A stretch of DNA of 64,000 nt from Octopus sinensis (lineage: Eukaryota), in contig NC_043004.1 of assembly GCF_006345805.1 (NCBI RefSeq), forward strand, positions 97,402,001-97,466,000, given 5' to 3'. Position 1 is the stretch's first letter, and each line of letters opens with the position of its first letter. The notes under the pieces were generated by a model. That model did no database searches. It was not told where the DNA came from and saw only the letters and a program-made list of their open reading frames with translations. A program made the translations under genes and the position numbers. Of this stretch, positions 38,485 through 51,210 are shown piece after piece.

Positions 38485-38751
38485 ATCTTATTTACATTAT
38501 TTACATTATTTATATTTGATGGATATTTGTCCTCATCTTGTTTGTTGTTAGCACAACATTTCAGCTGATATACCCTCCAGCCTTCATCAGATGTCTTGGG
38601 GAAATTTTGAACCTGGGTTCTCATTCCTAAGGCATATTTCATTTTTGATGTTATTATTATTATTATCATTATCATTAAGGTCACTGCCTGGAATCGAACT
38701 CGGAATCTTGGGGTTAGTAGCCTGCACTCTTAACCACTACGCCATATGCCC
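38485..38751 (-). mobile_element. Family H element: tRNA-like segment, (TAA)n and HHR
   Basis: tRNA-like 38679-38751 (tggcgtagtggtta; gagttcgattcc); HHR gacatCTGATGAaggctggagggtatatcagctGAAAtgTTgtgct at ~38550-38595. Confidence 0.85.
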
Positions 38752-38848
38752 TTGTATATCTCTATACATATATTTATAACTATCTATCAATATATATGTG
38801 TACACAAGGAGATGCTGAAAAGATCCTAGCTTTAAGGGTATCACAGAA

Positions 38849-39079
38849 GGCGGCGAGCTGGCAGATACGTTAGTGCGCCGGGCGAAATGCCTAGCTGTAT
38901 TTCGTCAGTCGTTACGTTCTGAGTTCAAATTCCGCCAAGGTCGACTTTGCCTTTCATCCTTTCGGGGTCGATAAATTAAGTACCAGTTACGCACTGGGGT
39001 CAATGTAATCGACTTAATCCCTTTGTCTGTCCTTGTTTGTCCCTTCTATGTTTAGCCCCTTGTGGGTAGTAAAGAAATA
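38849..39079 (+). mobile_element. Full-length family B (Meta-domain-like) SINE with TSD
   Basis: ggtatcacagaa(ggc) at 38837 and 39080; B box gagttcaaattcc. Confidence 0.93.
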
Positions 39080-39597
39080 GGTATCACAGAAGGCTTTGTT
39101 GGAGGCCCAATCTTCTAAGTTCAATATTCACGATTCAGCGGTCTTTCATTTATTTAAATTCCCTTGTTACTCCAGTCATTTGTCATAGCTCCAGCAAATG
39201 CAGAGCACTCAGAATATATTTTAACTACTTCTTAAAATGGGATGTGTTTGATTTTTTACAAAAGCTCTTATTTCCTACACTTAGTATGTTCCAGTAGTTT
39301 AATATTCAACTGGTTCTGGTCAAGTCATCAGTGTTTCCTCTCTCTTTCTATATTGACTCAATAAGCAAGTTGTTATAGAAACTTCTAAAAACCCTTGAAG
39401 TCCAAGTTAAGTTGAATATATGCATATTAGCTTTATGGAGGTATATTCAGCATTCATTCTTTCCATGTATTTATTTATTCATTTATCTATTTATTTATTT
39501 ATTTATTTCATAATGTCATTGGCCATAACCCTAATAACTTAAATTAAGATGTGCTTAATGAGATTTATATGCCTTTAGTTATCCCATGCATATATTC

Positions 39598-39790
39598 ATA
39601 TGTACACACATATAAAAAATGCAATGTGCATTGGAATTTAATTATAGAAATGTCCTCTATATGTGTATATGCATGTGTGGCATCATCAATGGACATTAAA
39701 TGATGATGACACAAATACATATATACATTTAGAGGACATTTCTATAATTAAATTCAATGCACATTGCATTTTTTATATGTATGTACATAT
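39598..39790. repeat. ~70-bp inverted repeat
   Basis: catataaaaaatgcaatgtgcattggaatttaattatagaaatgtcctcta mirrored by tagaggacatttctataattaaattcaatgcacattgcattttttatatg. Confidence 0.9.
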
Positions 39791-40978
39791 ACAGGTGTGT
39801 GTATTTGTGTGCATCTATATATCTATATATCTATATCTAAATAAATATAGATATATAGATATATAGATATAGATATATAGATATATATATGTATATATAT
39901 ATATATACATGCATACATACATATATATATGTGTGTGTATGAGTGTGTATATGCACATACACATATATGAATGTGTGTATATCTATTTATCTTTCTGTCT
40001 GCCTGTCTCTCTGGCTGTCTTTATGTGTGTGTCTGTGTATGTATTTGTAAAATGCATTGCATTGCGAGTTTACAAAATTGTGGTCATAGTGAAGAAGGCT
40101 AAAAAGAAGAAAGAGAGGGTAAATTAGATGAAAACAGCTTGAGAGCGGCTAATGGCTATTCAGAGAAAGCAAAACAAAGAGATGGATAGATAAATAGAGA
40201 GAGAGAGGGGGGGAGGGTGAGAAATGAAAAGAGAGAGGAAGAGAATAGTGGGGAGCAGAAAAGTTTAAATTCCCATTCACACTGGTTTATTTAGAAAAAA
40301 AAAAAACATTATTATTTCAGATTTCAAAGTCAAATTTAAAACAGAGTATAATGTGAAAACCAGAACAATCTCTGAGACAAGTTCCACTATCTGAACTACT
40401 TAAGAATGACCTAAGATTCTTGGAAATCTGATCAATTATGAATAATGTTTCATTTGAACAAACTTAAAGAAATACAATCTCTCGAGTATTGAATTTAGTT
40501 TTTAGAAATCAAGAATCTATCTATCAGAGTCTCTCTAGTCTCAATAGTTAGTCATTGATTTGCAGACAGATACAAGCTCTCCTGTGTATATAGTTTGATA
40601 TATAGACAAATAGAAATGACTACATGGAAACTGATTGAAATATAATTAGATGACAGTTAACTCAGTAATTTTATAACGACCATACGTCTCGGTGCACATG
40701 CACACGCACAAACACACATGCACAAACGCACACATTTTGTGACAAATTTATGTAAACACCAAAGTATAATTATGAACTTCTATATATCAACCTACCTAAA
40801 TTGATTGATGGACCTAGTATGGTCATGTCCTTTGTGTACTGTTATTGAGAAGATACAAATTTTTGATCCATCACTCTATGGGTGTATGTGTATATATATA
40901 TATATATATATAATAATAAATATTAGGGAATAAATCCAAACTTTTTGTTTGATTTGCATAATAGTGGTTTTGTCTCTA

Positions 40979-41013
<35 letters not shown>

Positions 41014-41044
41014 TATGGTCTGTTTCTCTCTCCATGTACTCTAT

Positions 41045-41180
<136 letters not shown>

Positions 41181-41394
41181 GAGCCTGGTGTGGCCCAAGC
41201 CTTACCAGCTCCTGTCAAACTGTCCAACCCATGCCAGTATAGAAAAAGGATATTATACGATGAGGATGATGAGGATGAAGAAGATGATGCTGATGATGAT
41301 GATGATGATGATGACGATGATATTGATGTATGTATGTATACATTTTTTATATTCTATGTTAGACCATGTTGTGATATATTATAATTCTGCATAG

Positions 41395-41900
41395 TTATTT
41401 GTGGTAGTCTTCTCAAGAACCACATATTGCCAGTCATCACGGTTCCTCGTCATCTCCTCCTTGACATCCAAGATCCAGATATCAGCCTTAACAACTTTGT
41501 TTCATGTCTTTCTGGATCACTATCTTCCACAAACTAATATAGTTTGTGGAAGATGGTGCTGCTATCCTCATAAATGCACATCACATATCCATACAAGCAC
41601 AGTCTTATTTCTTGCACACTAGAATTTATTACTCTTATGCCCAGTTTTTTCTCGGCGTTTTTGTGCTTTTCAGTACATTACACAGCCGATGGGGCAAGCT
41701 GGCATCACTTTTTTCCAATCTTTTTAATTCCTCTGCCTTGAATGCCTATGCTTTCTCTACTATGCAAACCTAACAAAAATGATGTACAATCTGCCTTTTA
41801 CACTAAAGGAGAAGAACTTTACTACCAGCGGCAATGTCATTAGTTTCTTGGACTTTCTCCAACCTGTTCTCACTCTCACTTTTGTACATTCTCAGCACCT
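41395..41900 (-). mobile_element. Degraded RTE LINE 3' region
   Basis: RVRTGWRKSKKLMTLPLVVKFFSFSVKGRLYI. Confidence 0.65.
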
Positions 41901-43529
41901 ACCCTTCATAAATCAAAACCATGGAAGAAATGTGTTTATTTTCCTATTTCTTTCTGTGACATCAGAGATTCAGCTTATTTACCATCATCAAACTAAAACT
42001 TCTGTATTCATATAATAGATATTCAAGCACACACATACAAGTAAAAGTGTGCATGCCTGTCCCACACAGTCAGCTGGTCTGCAGAGGGTCTGGACCTGTT
42101 CAGCTCTGTCAGCTGGTCTGTAGATGATCTGGATCTTTTATGAAGTGCACAATGTCATTGAGAATAGTGATGTTTGAATAATGGTTAGAATGGCTGAATT
42201 TGAGGAGGTGAATGAGTTGATCGATTTATGACACATTAAATGCCAATTCACAAGTGCTGAAATCTCGTTTAGAGTTAGAGCAACATGGAAGTATTTTGCC
42301 TTGGTTACAGATGTGCTCAAAAACATTGCTGGAAAATACCCTGCATGCAAATCTCTTCAATAGAATTTTCCATTGAAGCAAAATAATGTGAAAGTACTAT
42401 ATGTAATGTGACATAAGTCAAATCCTCAACAACATCGAATGTTCTGGTGGGTGGGGTAAAGTTACTCAAAGAACTGGAAAAACACTGTATTATAAATCAC
42501 TTTTCTTTACACCCCCACTGCTATTTAGTGGTTTTTACCTCAAAATTATGCATCCTAAGAATTACGAAGATAACCAGCTTATATTTTTGCATATCATATG
42601 ACTGATCAGCCATCTTCAGGCAGGTGCAATATGTCTGGAACAATTTTCAACTGATGCTTCAACTTCAAGCACCATGTGAACAATTTATTGACAAAACCAC
42701 AAATCCTATGAAAATGAGAAAGTCCAAGTTGCTCCCTGTTCTAAATGTAGCATTGCAAAACAAGACCTAGTAAATGTCAAAGAGTTTTTATCAAGAACTG
42801 AACTACTGTGTCAGAAAAAGACACTCATATTTAAAGAAACTTACGGCTAAAAATAATAGATATCTGGAAACTAGAAGCAAAATCAAATTTTCAATAATCA
42901 ACTGAATTCACCGTCTGTATGTCAGACATGAGTTGTTGACAACAAGATTATAATTTTTTTTTTTAGACTATAAACCTCATCTTTAGCTATGAAAATACTT
43001 TTTAAGTTTATATCTACGTTTTGTTTTGATGATTTTGATCTCTGATTGTCATCAGGTGTCGTATTCCTAGATACTATGTATTATCTACTATGTACACAAC
43101 TCAAAAATATGAAGCTAATTGTCTGAAAAATTTATATTCTTCTTCACATAAATATTGCTGTTCAGATTTTCATGTAAATAACATTCTGATCAATGAAATC
43201 AGTAAAGTGTACTGAAAGGGTATTATTCATCGTAATATCTTTGTTACTTCGTAGCTTCTGATGGTCCTTCAATCTTGCATCCATAAGTTTCCACTGTTTC
43301 AGATTGTTGTTTGAAACAGCTGCCTGGTTTTCACATTACGCTTTTGATTTTCAAACTTTTGCATTTCTGCAGTTTCTAATTCAGTGTTAAAGAGAATTTT
43401 ATAGCAAAGTCTTAAACTGCAACAGCTTCATATTACAAATGTAAACTTGCCAGACACGCTCTTACACTTAGTGAATAACAAGCAATGAATAGTAGTAACA
43501 ACAACAACAACAACAACAACAATAATAAT

Positions 43530-43747
43530 AATCCTGTCTACTATAAGCACGAGGCCTGAAATTTGTGGGGAAGAGGCTTGTCGATTAGATCGTCTGAAGT
43601 ACACAACTGGTACTTAATCTATCGATCCCGAAAGGATGAAAGGCAAAGTTGACCTCAGCGGATTTTGAACTCAGGACGGAGCGCCGGGCGAAATACTGTG
43701 AAGCATTTCGTCCACCATGCAAACGAATCTGCCAGCTCGCCGCCTTA
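43530..43747 (-). mobile_element. Family B SINE
   Basis: Ends in tgccagctcgccgcctt; Meta-like body. Confidence 0.85.
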
Positions 43748-43776
43748 AACGATGATGATGATGATGATGATGATGA

Positions 43777-43807
<31 letters not shown>

Positions 43808-43859
43808 AAGAAGAAGAAGAAGATGAGGAAGAAGTGCAACAACAACAATAATAATAATG

Positions 43860-44205
43860 TATGATGCCACACATCTGACAACAAGGTGTGTGATAAGGAA
43901 GAAAGAAAATTGAATAGATATAACAGGTTAGGCTGGGAGGTTAAGCAGTTGTGGTTGCTGAGAAAGGTGGTAGTAGTATCCATAATTGTCGGAGCCCTGG
44001 GAAAAGTGATTAAAAATCTTGGAACAAATTGGGACTACAATAAGGGTGGAGCACTTGCAGAAAACAGCACTGCTTAGAACCGCTCGAATACTCCGGATTG
44101 TGATTGAAAAATAAGAGGTGTTACCTTAGTTCACTGGAAGTGAACAGCTGACACCGGAGCCAATCTCCAGCGTTAGAAGCTTTACAAAGACAATAAAATA
44201 ATAAT
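43860..44205 (+). mobile_element. 5'-truncated R4/Dong-like element between TAA tracts
   Basis: DNKVCDKEERKLNRYNRLGWEVKQLWLLRKVVVVSIIVGALG, then frameshifted LQKTALLRTARILR; tail aataaaataataata. Confidence 0.8.
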
Positions 44206-44610
44206 AGGCACTAAGCCAGTAATTTCTGTGGAAAGAGCAAGCCAATTACATCGGCCCCAGTACTTCAACTGGTACTTATTTTATGGACCCCCAATTGACT
44301 AAAGGCAAAGTTGACCTCGGCAGAATTTGAACTCAGAATATAAAGACGGACAAAATGCCGTTAAGCGTTGGCCTGGTGTGCTAACAATTCTCCTAGATCA
44401 TTGTCTTTTCTTTTCTACTTTAGGCACAAGGTCTGAAACTTTTTTAAGTGAGGAGGCTAGTGAATCATACCGAACCTAGTGCTCAACTGGCTCTTATTTT
44501 ATCGACCTTAAGTGTGGGATGAAAATCAAAGTTGACCTCGGCAGTATTTGAACTCGAGATGTAAAGCTATAAGAAATGCCGCTAAGCGTTGTATTCCGCA
44601 TGCTAACGAT
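44206..44610 (-). mobile_element. Two tandem degenerate family B SINEs
   Basis: aaagttgacctcggcag-atttgaactc at ~44308 and ~44528. Confidence 0.75.
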
Positions 44611-45802
44611 AATATTTATTAGTTACACGGACTCGAAGAGGTTCAGGTGTATGAAACTTTCACTAAAGGCTACAGAAAAATGGATACTTGGAATATGAAA
44701 ACTACACAAACGTTTCAAAATTACGGAGAAAGGAAGAGGCACCACACAATATATGGAAGGAAGTATAAGGAAACTTAATGGTACACACATACAAGCAAGA
44801 ATATACCCAAGTGCACGTACATATACTTACATATGCACATATGTATGTATACACACACATTTGTATGAGAATAAATAAAAGTACAAAAAACACAATAATT
44901 AAAATAAAATACATTTTAAACGAATAAGAGCCGAAAAGTTTTCTAGCTAAGTTGAGTTAAGCACTCTACGACCCTGTTAACCCGATTATTTCTTATATTT
45001 GTGTTTGAATGGAACCGAATGCTCCAGGAAATATTATTTCGCGACATTTGGTGTTGAAAAGCACCAGCATCTTGAAGTTATTTTATTCGTAAGCTTCATA
45101 TAATATCTCAGTTTTAAACTTACAAGTAATCTATCTTTTGCATGTTGTTTATATTTTATTGTAATTATTAGTTTCTTCGGAGAACATTTGGTACCATATA
45201 TACATTACTTTGTTAGTTCAACTTCAACATCTGCATTTTCTTCCTGAAGGATGAGGGGATATCGTTATTGCTTACAAGGAATTTTTCCTTCTAACCTGAT
45301 TTTGTTTTCTCAAGTCATTTTTCTGTGATTTTTTCTCTTTTCCCCTTTCATCCATAATTATCATTTCCTCATCGCACAATGAAAGTGTACTACTGCAGGT
45401 TGGTACTATTGCGAGATGAAATATTTGCTCATCTATTAACGATAATAGACCTAAAGATATGTTCTTTACTATCCCGAAGAGCTTTGATTGGTTCAATATT
45501 TTTAGTCACTCTATATTTTCGTCCACCTTGTTATTGTTTCATCTTCTGAGTTCTTTGGTAATCAGCTCTAAAGTGCGCTTCCTCTTTTTACTTCAACAAA
45601 TACAGCAAATAGGCATCACCAATCTCATGCCCTTTGCTTCTGTGCCTTTTACTGGGCACAGGTCTTATAATGAGTCTGTAACCTTCGAGTTTCATTAAGA
45701 CTCACAAATATGTGTAGATGCCTTCTGACTGCAGGCCTCTTTCGTTAACTCTGCTTTTACCACGCTTCCATATTGTGATTCACACACACATATATATACA
45801 CC

Positions 45803-45859
<57 letters not shown>

Positions 45860-45901
45860 CATATACATGTGTGTGTGTCGACAGATAGACGGATAGATGG
45901 A

Positions 45902-46066
45902 TAGATAAAAATAGTTACGGCCGGTCTATGGAGTTACCCAGGGTTTCGCATCTATAAAGCAGTTAGCTTTACAATGTCTCGTCTGACGAGACGTTGTAAA
46001 GCTAAGTGTTTCCTGGACGCGAAAGCCTGAGTAGCCCCATAGACCGGCTATGACTATCTTTATCTA
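45902..46066. mobile_element. 165-bp foldback (MITE-like, TA termini)
   Basis: 81-bp arms around a 3-nt loop at 45983-45985, no indels; hand count about 66 WC pairs, 6 G-T and 9 mismatches. Confidence 0.85.
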
Positions 46067-46128
46067 AATACTTTACTGCTCTGTAATTTAGAATCTGCTT
46101 CTCTTGCGGATTTGTGATTTACAGACGA

Positions 46129-46161
<33 letters not shown>

Positions 46162-46199
46162 GTGAGTGTGTGCGTGTGTTTGCATGTGCATGTATAGTC

Positions 46200-46800
46200 T
46201 GAACAATTGGGAAATGAAAATGATGCTTGGGCAATACCTCAGAGAAATCGAAGTGAAAGACAAGAACAACACCTGAGATTGACTGAGGAAAATCTGGAAG
46301 GCATTGATATGCGCTGATCAGGAACAAGCTCCGAGAACTAATTACACAAATGTTCAAACTGATAAGTGCTGTGAATTGCCTCTTTGTAGGATGCTGCCCC
46401 ACCACAAAAAAATACGAAAGTAGGTAAAATAACCGGTTAAATTTGTTCAGTGGAGTGTGTGAGAAGTCTAGTCTCGAAAGAATATAGAATTCGTATGAAC
46501 ATAGATCAGGAGGCGTTACCTAGTATAACGAGTATAAGATGTTATAGGATTTTGCGATCCAGTGTGACTCAGAGATTGATGCTTGAGACCGGATATTGTT
46601 TAGTGGATAAAAAGAAGAAGGAAACGAAGATCATAGATATTGCCATATCTGCTTGAAATGCACGAGGGAGCGACAAAGACCTGAAAAAGATTCAAAGGTA
46701 CAAGGTACGAAAAGACGAACTTACACGAATGTGGGTAATCAAGAGTTTTATTACCAAATATGATAAATATTTTTAACATATCAATGGCAATACCATACAA
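46200..46800 (+). mobile_element. Degraded R4/Dong-like CCHC plus REL endonuclease region
   Basis: Frame-broken EQA.RTNY, CRMC-like, RPDI-like..LVDKKKKETKIIDIAI, EL.RMW-like. Confidence 0.6.
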
Positions 46801-47867
46801 CATTGTAAGCAGAAACAGCTGTTAAAAGGGATGTAGTCTATTTGAATTGAATAAATAAATATTAAATGGTGTAAGTCAATTGCTGCTCATCAATATTTCC
46901 CCATTTCCTGTTTTCTTCAAAATTTTTTTCTTGATAAACTTTTTTATCTTTGTATTACCTATAATTTACATATTTATACCTATCGTTAAACATAGGTAAT
47001 ATACCGGCAGTATAATGGATACTTCTATCCCTTAGACGGTATTTTAACCTCTAACTCAGCTAACCTATATATATATATATATATATATACATACACACGT
47101 GCGCACATACGTATTTTTTTATGAGTTGTGTTTATGAATAAATAAGACAACCAATTATTTTATGTGGAAACGGTATCCATAATTATTCAAGCGGTCCACC
47201 TGTGAATGTTGCTAATCGTCTATTTTGGATGTAAATGTACAAGGTTATGTGAAACTATGCTGGATTTCAAAATAAATAGACCGCTCAGGGAAAGAAAGTA
47301 ATAAGTATTTCTTAATTCTTATCTCCCTTAAATTAGCTCTGGACTTTTGCAAAAGTTTGCCTCCACCAAAGACTAATTGATTTCTGAATTGTCTTATGTG
47401 AGATCATAAGTATGAGATCATAAATATGATCTCACTTTCTAAAGAGTGCTTGTCATGGATTATGTTTTATTCAGTTTCTCATAATCATGTCCATCAACAA
47501 ACATTCTGATACAGCTCAGCTGTTAAGTTTGGCAAAACACATTTTAGTGACAAATGAAGAGATAAAGCTGGGTTTTGCAGCATAAAAATCATTTTTAGGT
47601 GGTTAAAATAAACTGTGAAAGTAACCATTAAGCGAATTTAAATCCGCTGATGGTGATGTTATTGTTTATAACATTATTAGCATGATATTTTGAGACCTAG
47701 TTCACAATTGTAATGTCATTACAAAATGAAGCCAAATACCTTGAAAAATTAATGGATTTAGGATTACTGTCATTACGTACTTAATATAACAGAAAAAAAT
47801 AAAATGAATAAAAGTTCTTTTTCCAATAAAATTAAACTTTGAACAAAGCCAGGGCACTCTCCTCCAT

Positions 47868-48224
47868 ATGTACATACATACATACATACATACATACACA
47901 CATACACACATACATACATACATACATACATACATACATACATACATGCATGCATGCATGCATACATACATACATACATGCATGCATGCATGCATACATA
48001 CATACATGCATGCATATGCATACATACATACTTACATCCATACATGCATGCATGCATACATACATACATACTTACATACATACATACATGCATGCATACA
48101 TACATACATACATGCATGCATGCATGCATGCATGCATACATACATACATACATACATACATACATACATACATACATACATACATACATACATACATACA
48201 TACATACATACATACATACATGCA

Positions 48225-48252
<28 letters not shown>
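47868..48252. repeat. (CATA)n/(CATG)n tetranucleotide array
   Basis: Direct reading. Confidence 0.97.
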
Positions 48253-48255
<3 letters not shown>

Positions 48256-48329
48256 CTGTTCACGCTTGTTTCCAGGTCAATTTATAATAAGACAATTTTA
48301 CATTAAACTGACGGATTATTGAAAGCATT

Positions 48330-49573
48330 TTACAGATATTTATCATTCTTTAAAATGAAGAATGTCGATTGTGTTTTCGAAGTTTCGATTTACTTAGCCT
48401 TCATTAAAACTTTATAATTTATACTTCAGAACAATTATTTCCTATTTGATGACACCTGCAATCGTCAAAAATGTGGAACTGCGTTGGCAACGAAAGCAGT
48501 TCTTGTTCTTTCGAATCTAATAATTGGATATTTTGAATTCACCATATATGAAGTGTCTCTGCAACAATATACATATCCATTTCACCATTATACAAGAGAA
48601 GACTGGAAAAGACACCTAGGTAACTGCTTTATCATTTGGAAGGAGACTATTCATAAACTTTTGGAATTTAAATAAATACTAAATAATATAAACTCTAACA
48701 TTCAATTTACAATGGAATATAGCAAAGGACAGCTCCTTTTCTTGGATATTATAATAAAAATGTCAACCACCAAATTGTAACTAACATGAACCATCGGGCT
48801 GGAAGTAATATCTCCTGTTTAACTCATGCCACTATTTGCACAATATTGTCTGACAGAAATACTCGAGACCTTCGTCTTCAAAATTCAGAACAACACTAAC
48901 TGAGGGACAATATCCACCTCCACTTATAGACGATGGAATTGAGAAATTAGACATTAAAACACCAAGGGCAATAAACCATAACACCACACCTCATCTCAAA
49001 ACACTTCTGTATATATCAACTCAGAACCCTAGAAACAATGCAACATACAACACTATTGTACAAAATCTACTTAAGTTCACTAGAGATTCAATAATGAGCA
49101 ACATTCTGAAACACATATATTCATCAAATGCAAAAGGCAATACAAATCACTGAAAAGACTTCTAGCAAACGCGAAGCTTTACACAACAACCACGAAACCA
49201 ACGGTTAAAAATATGGACGCACAAACTTTAGAACATGCCCCAACCTACTGGAATGCTCGGAATTCCTATACAAACTTGTGCTTCCGAGAATCTAATTTAT
49301 GTTATAACTTGCTCAGGTTGTGGACATAACTATATAGGACAGACAAGGATGACACTGAGATGGAGAACCACACTACATAAGGAAGAGATCCAGTTCCTGC
49401 AATGCAGAAAGATTCCTTTGAGAGAACACATAAAGAGATGTGCAGGTAATATCTCACCAAACTTCACAGTTTTCCCCATCTACCAGTGCACAGAAACAAT
49501 GTTTATGCAAGAATGTTTAAATAAGGAAAATTTCATCAAATGGTATAGAACACGTCTAAATATGAACGCATAA
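48330..49573 (+). mobile_element. Degraded Penelope-like element (RT plus GIY-YIG)
   Basis: WKRHLGNCFIIW (YLDD relic), FLDI-like, TCASENLIYVITCSGCGHNYIGQT...LREHIKRC...FPIYQC...RLN. Confidence 0.88.
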
Positions 49574-49844
49574 CAAACTTTGATCTCAGTATATATTTTA
49601 ATTCATGATCACATATCCATCACTGTACATATTTCATCTCACAGCTTAAGCATTTGAGATTTTGCGTATATATATTTATTTATCCCCTTTCCGAAAGATG
49701 AGCAATTACTTCATCTGTCCCCAATAATAACGATCCCCAATTACCTCCCATATATTTTTCTACTTGTTGAATCATTCATTCACAAAATTCACACAGCATG
49801 AACTAAAATCTTCTTAAGAAAATACGAAATTACAATAACTTCAG

Positions 49845-49877
49845 TGTTATGATTAGCGAAAGCGAAACCGGTCGACA
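49845..49877 (+). ncRNA. Degenerate HHR-like motif 3' of the PLE
   Basis: tgt-TATGATT-agcgaaagc-GAAA-ccgg-TC-gaca; palindromic ACCGGT, but the CUGAUGA box is broken. Confidence 0.4.
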
Positions 49878-51070
49878 AACACAATATGGGATATATTAAA
49901 ACTGTGTAAAGTGCGTAAATTTATCTTCTTTATCATTGAATGCACGAAATGAGGAGCAGATAGACAGACGACAACTGATGAAGGGTCCTTTCCCTGTGTT
50001 TACTTGACCTATTCTCTATTTTTTCTCGTTGTTTACGTATTTTATGTTGTTTGAACAGTTAGTGACGTCCTGTACCCAGATATGTATGTGTATATGTATT
50101 ATTTACTATTTATTATTCAATTGAACGCCACTTTTCCATTTCCAAGTGTGTGCCTATATATATATATATACATACAAGCATACATACATACACACACACA
50201 CACATACGCACATTCATGCATACAAGCATGCATACATACTGTATGGTTCAAGACACGTGAGTTTCGTGCGTTCATACATATATATGATATATATATAATA
50301 AATTTGTATATACATAGATATATTTATAAACACACGCTCACACGCACACACACACCGACAAATACAGATACATATATGTATGTGTGTGTGTGTGCATATA
50401 AATGCACACACAGATATATGTAGAGAAAGATAAATAGAGACAGAGTGAGTGAGTGAGTGAGTGAGTGAGTGAGTGAGTGAGTGAGTGATGTATTCTGAAA
50501 TCCTTTGACATGCAACCGCATGTGCATTATTCTTTCACGAGAGAGAGAGAAAAAAGAACGCCAAAAATTAAATTTAGATGCATGACAATTGGTAACATGT
50601 GTGATGGCAGCTCAGGTTAAAAAAGAAATATTAAACAGAAACACAGTAATTAAGAAGTAAGTTTGCACTTGTTTATATAAACACAAACAGATGAATAGGT
50701 AGGTATGAGGTAGGTATTTGTGATAGATGAAAAGGAAATAGAATGATGGAGCAGACTATACAGGTAAATCTATTAAGTTAGACACACAAATGTAAAAAAG
50801 AAAGTTGAACGAGTGCAGAAGATTCTTAGGTATTTCAATGAGTGTGTATTCACTTGCATGATGGATTAAATGTATTTTGTAGGTAAATACCCGTGTATAC
50901 AGACATAGATGCAAGCATGTGTGTATGTTTGTGTGAGAGAGAAAGAGAGAGCGAGTGTATCTGTGTGAATGTACGTATATACGTATATGAATATGCATAT
51001 ATAAGTATGCATGTATGTATGTATATATATATATATACATATATATATTATATATATATATATATACATA

Positions 51071-51114
<44 letters not shown>

Positions 51115-51174
51115 ATCACGTGACCGATCAGACCATCAGTTGTTGTTACACAACACTGGTCACAATGCGTTCGC

Positions 51175-51210
<36 letters not shown>

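Noticed and set aside
45983-46024. CTGACGA...GAAA resembling a hammerhead
   Set aside because: The motif spans the loop and arm of the 165-bp foldback; no stems I, II or III form around it
49235-49573. Selenoprotein-type (Naiad-like) PLE with UGA at Cys positions
   Set aside because: The Cys codons I could read are intact or mutated to other residues; no conserved in-frame UGA and no SECIS identified
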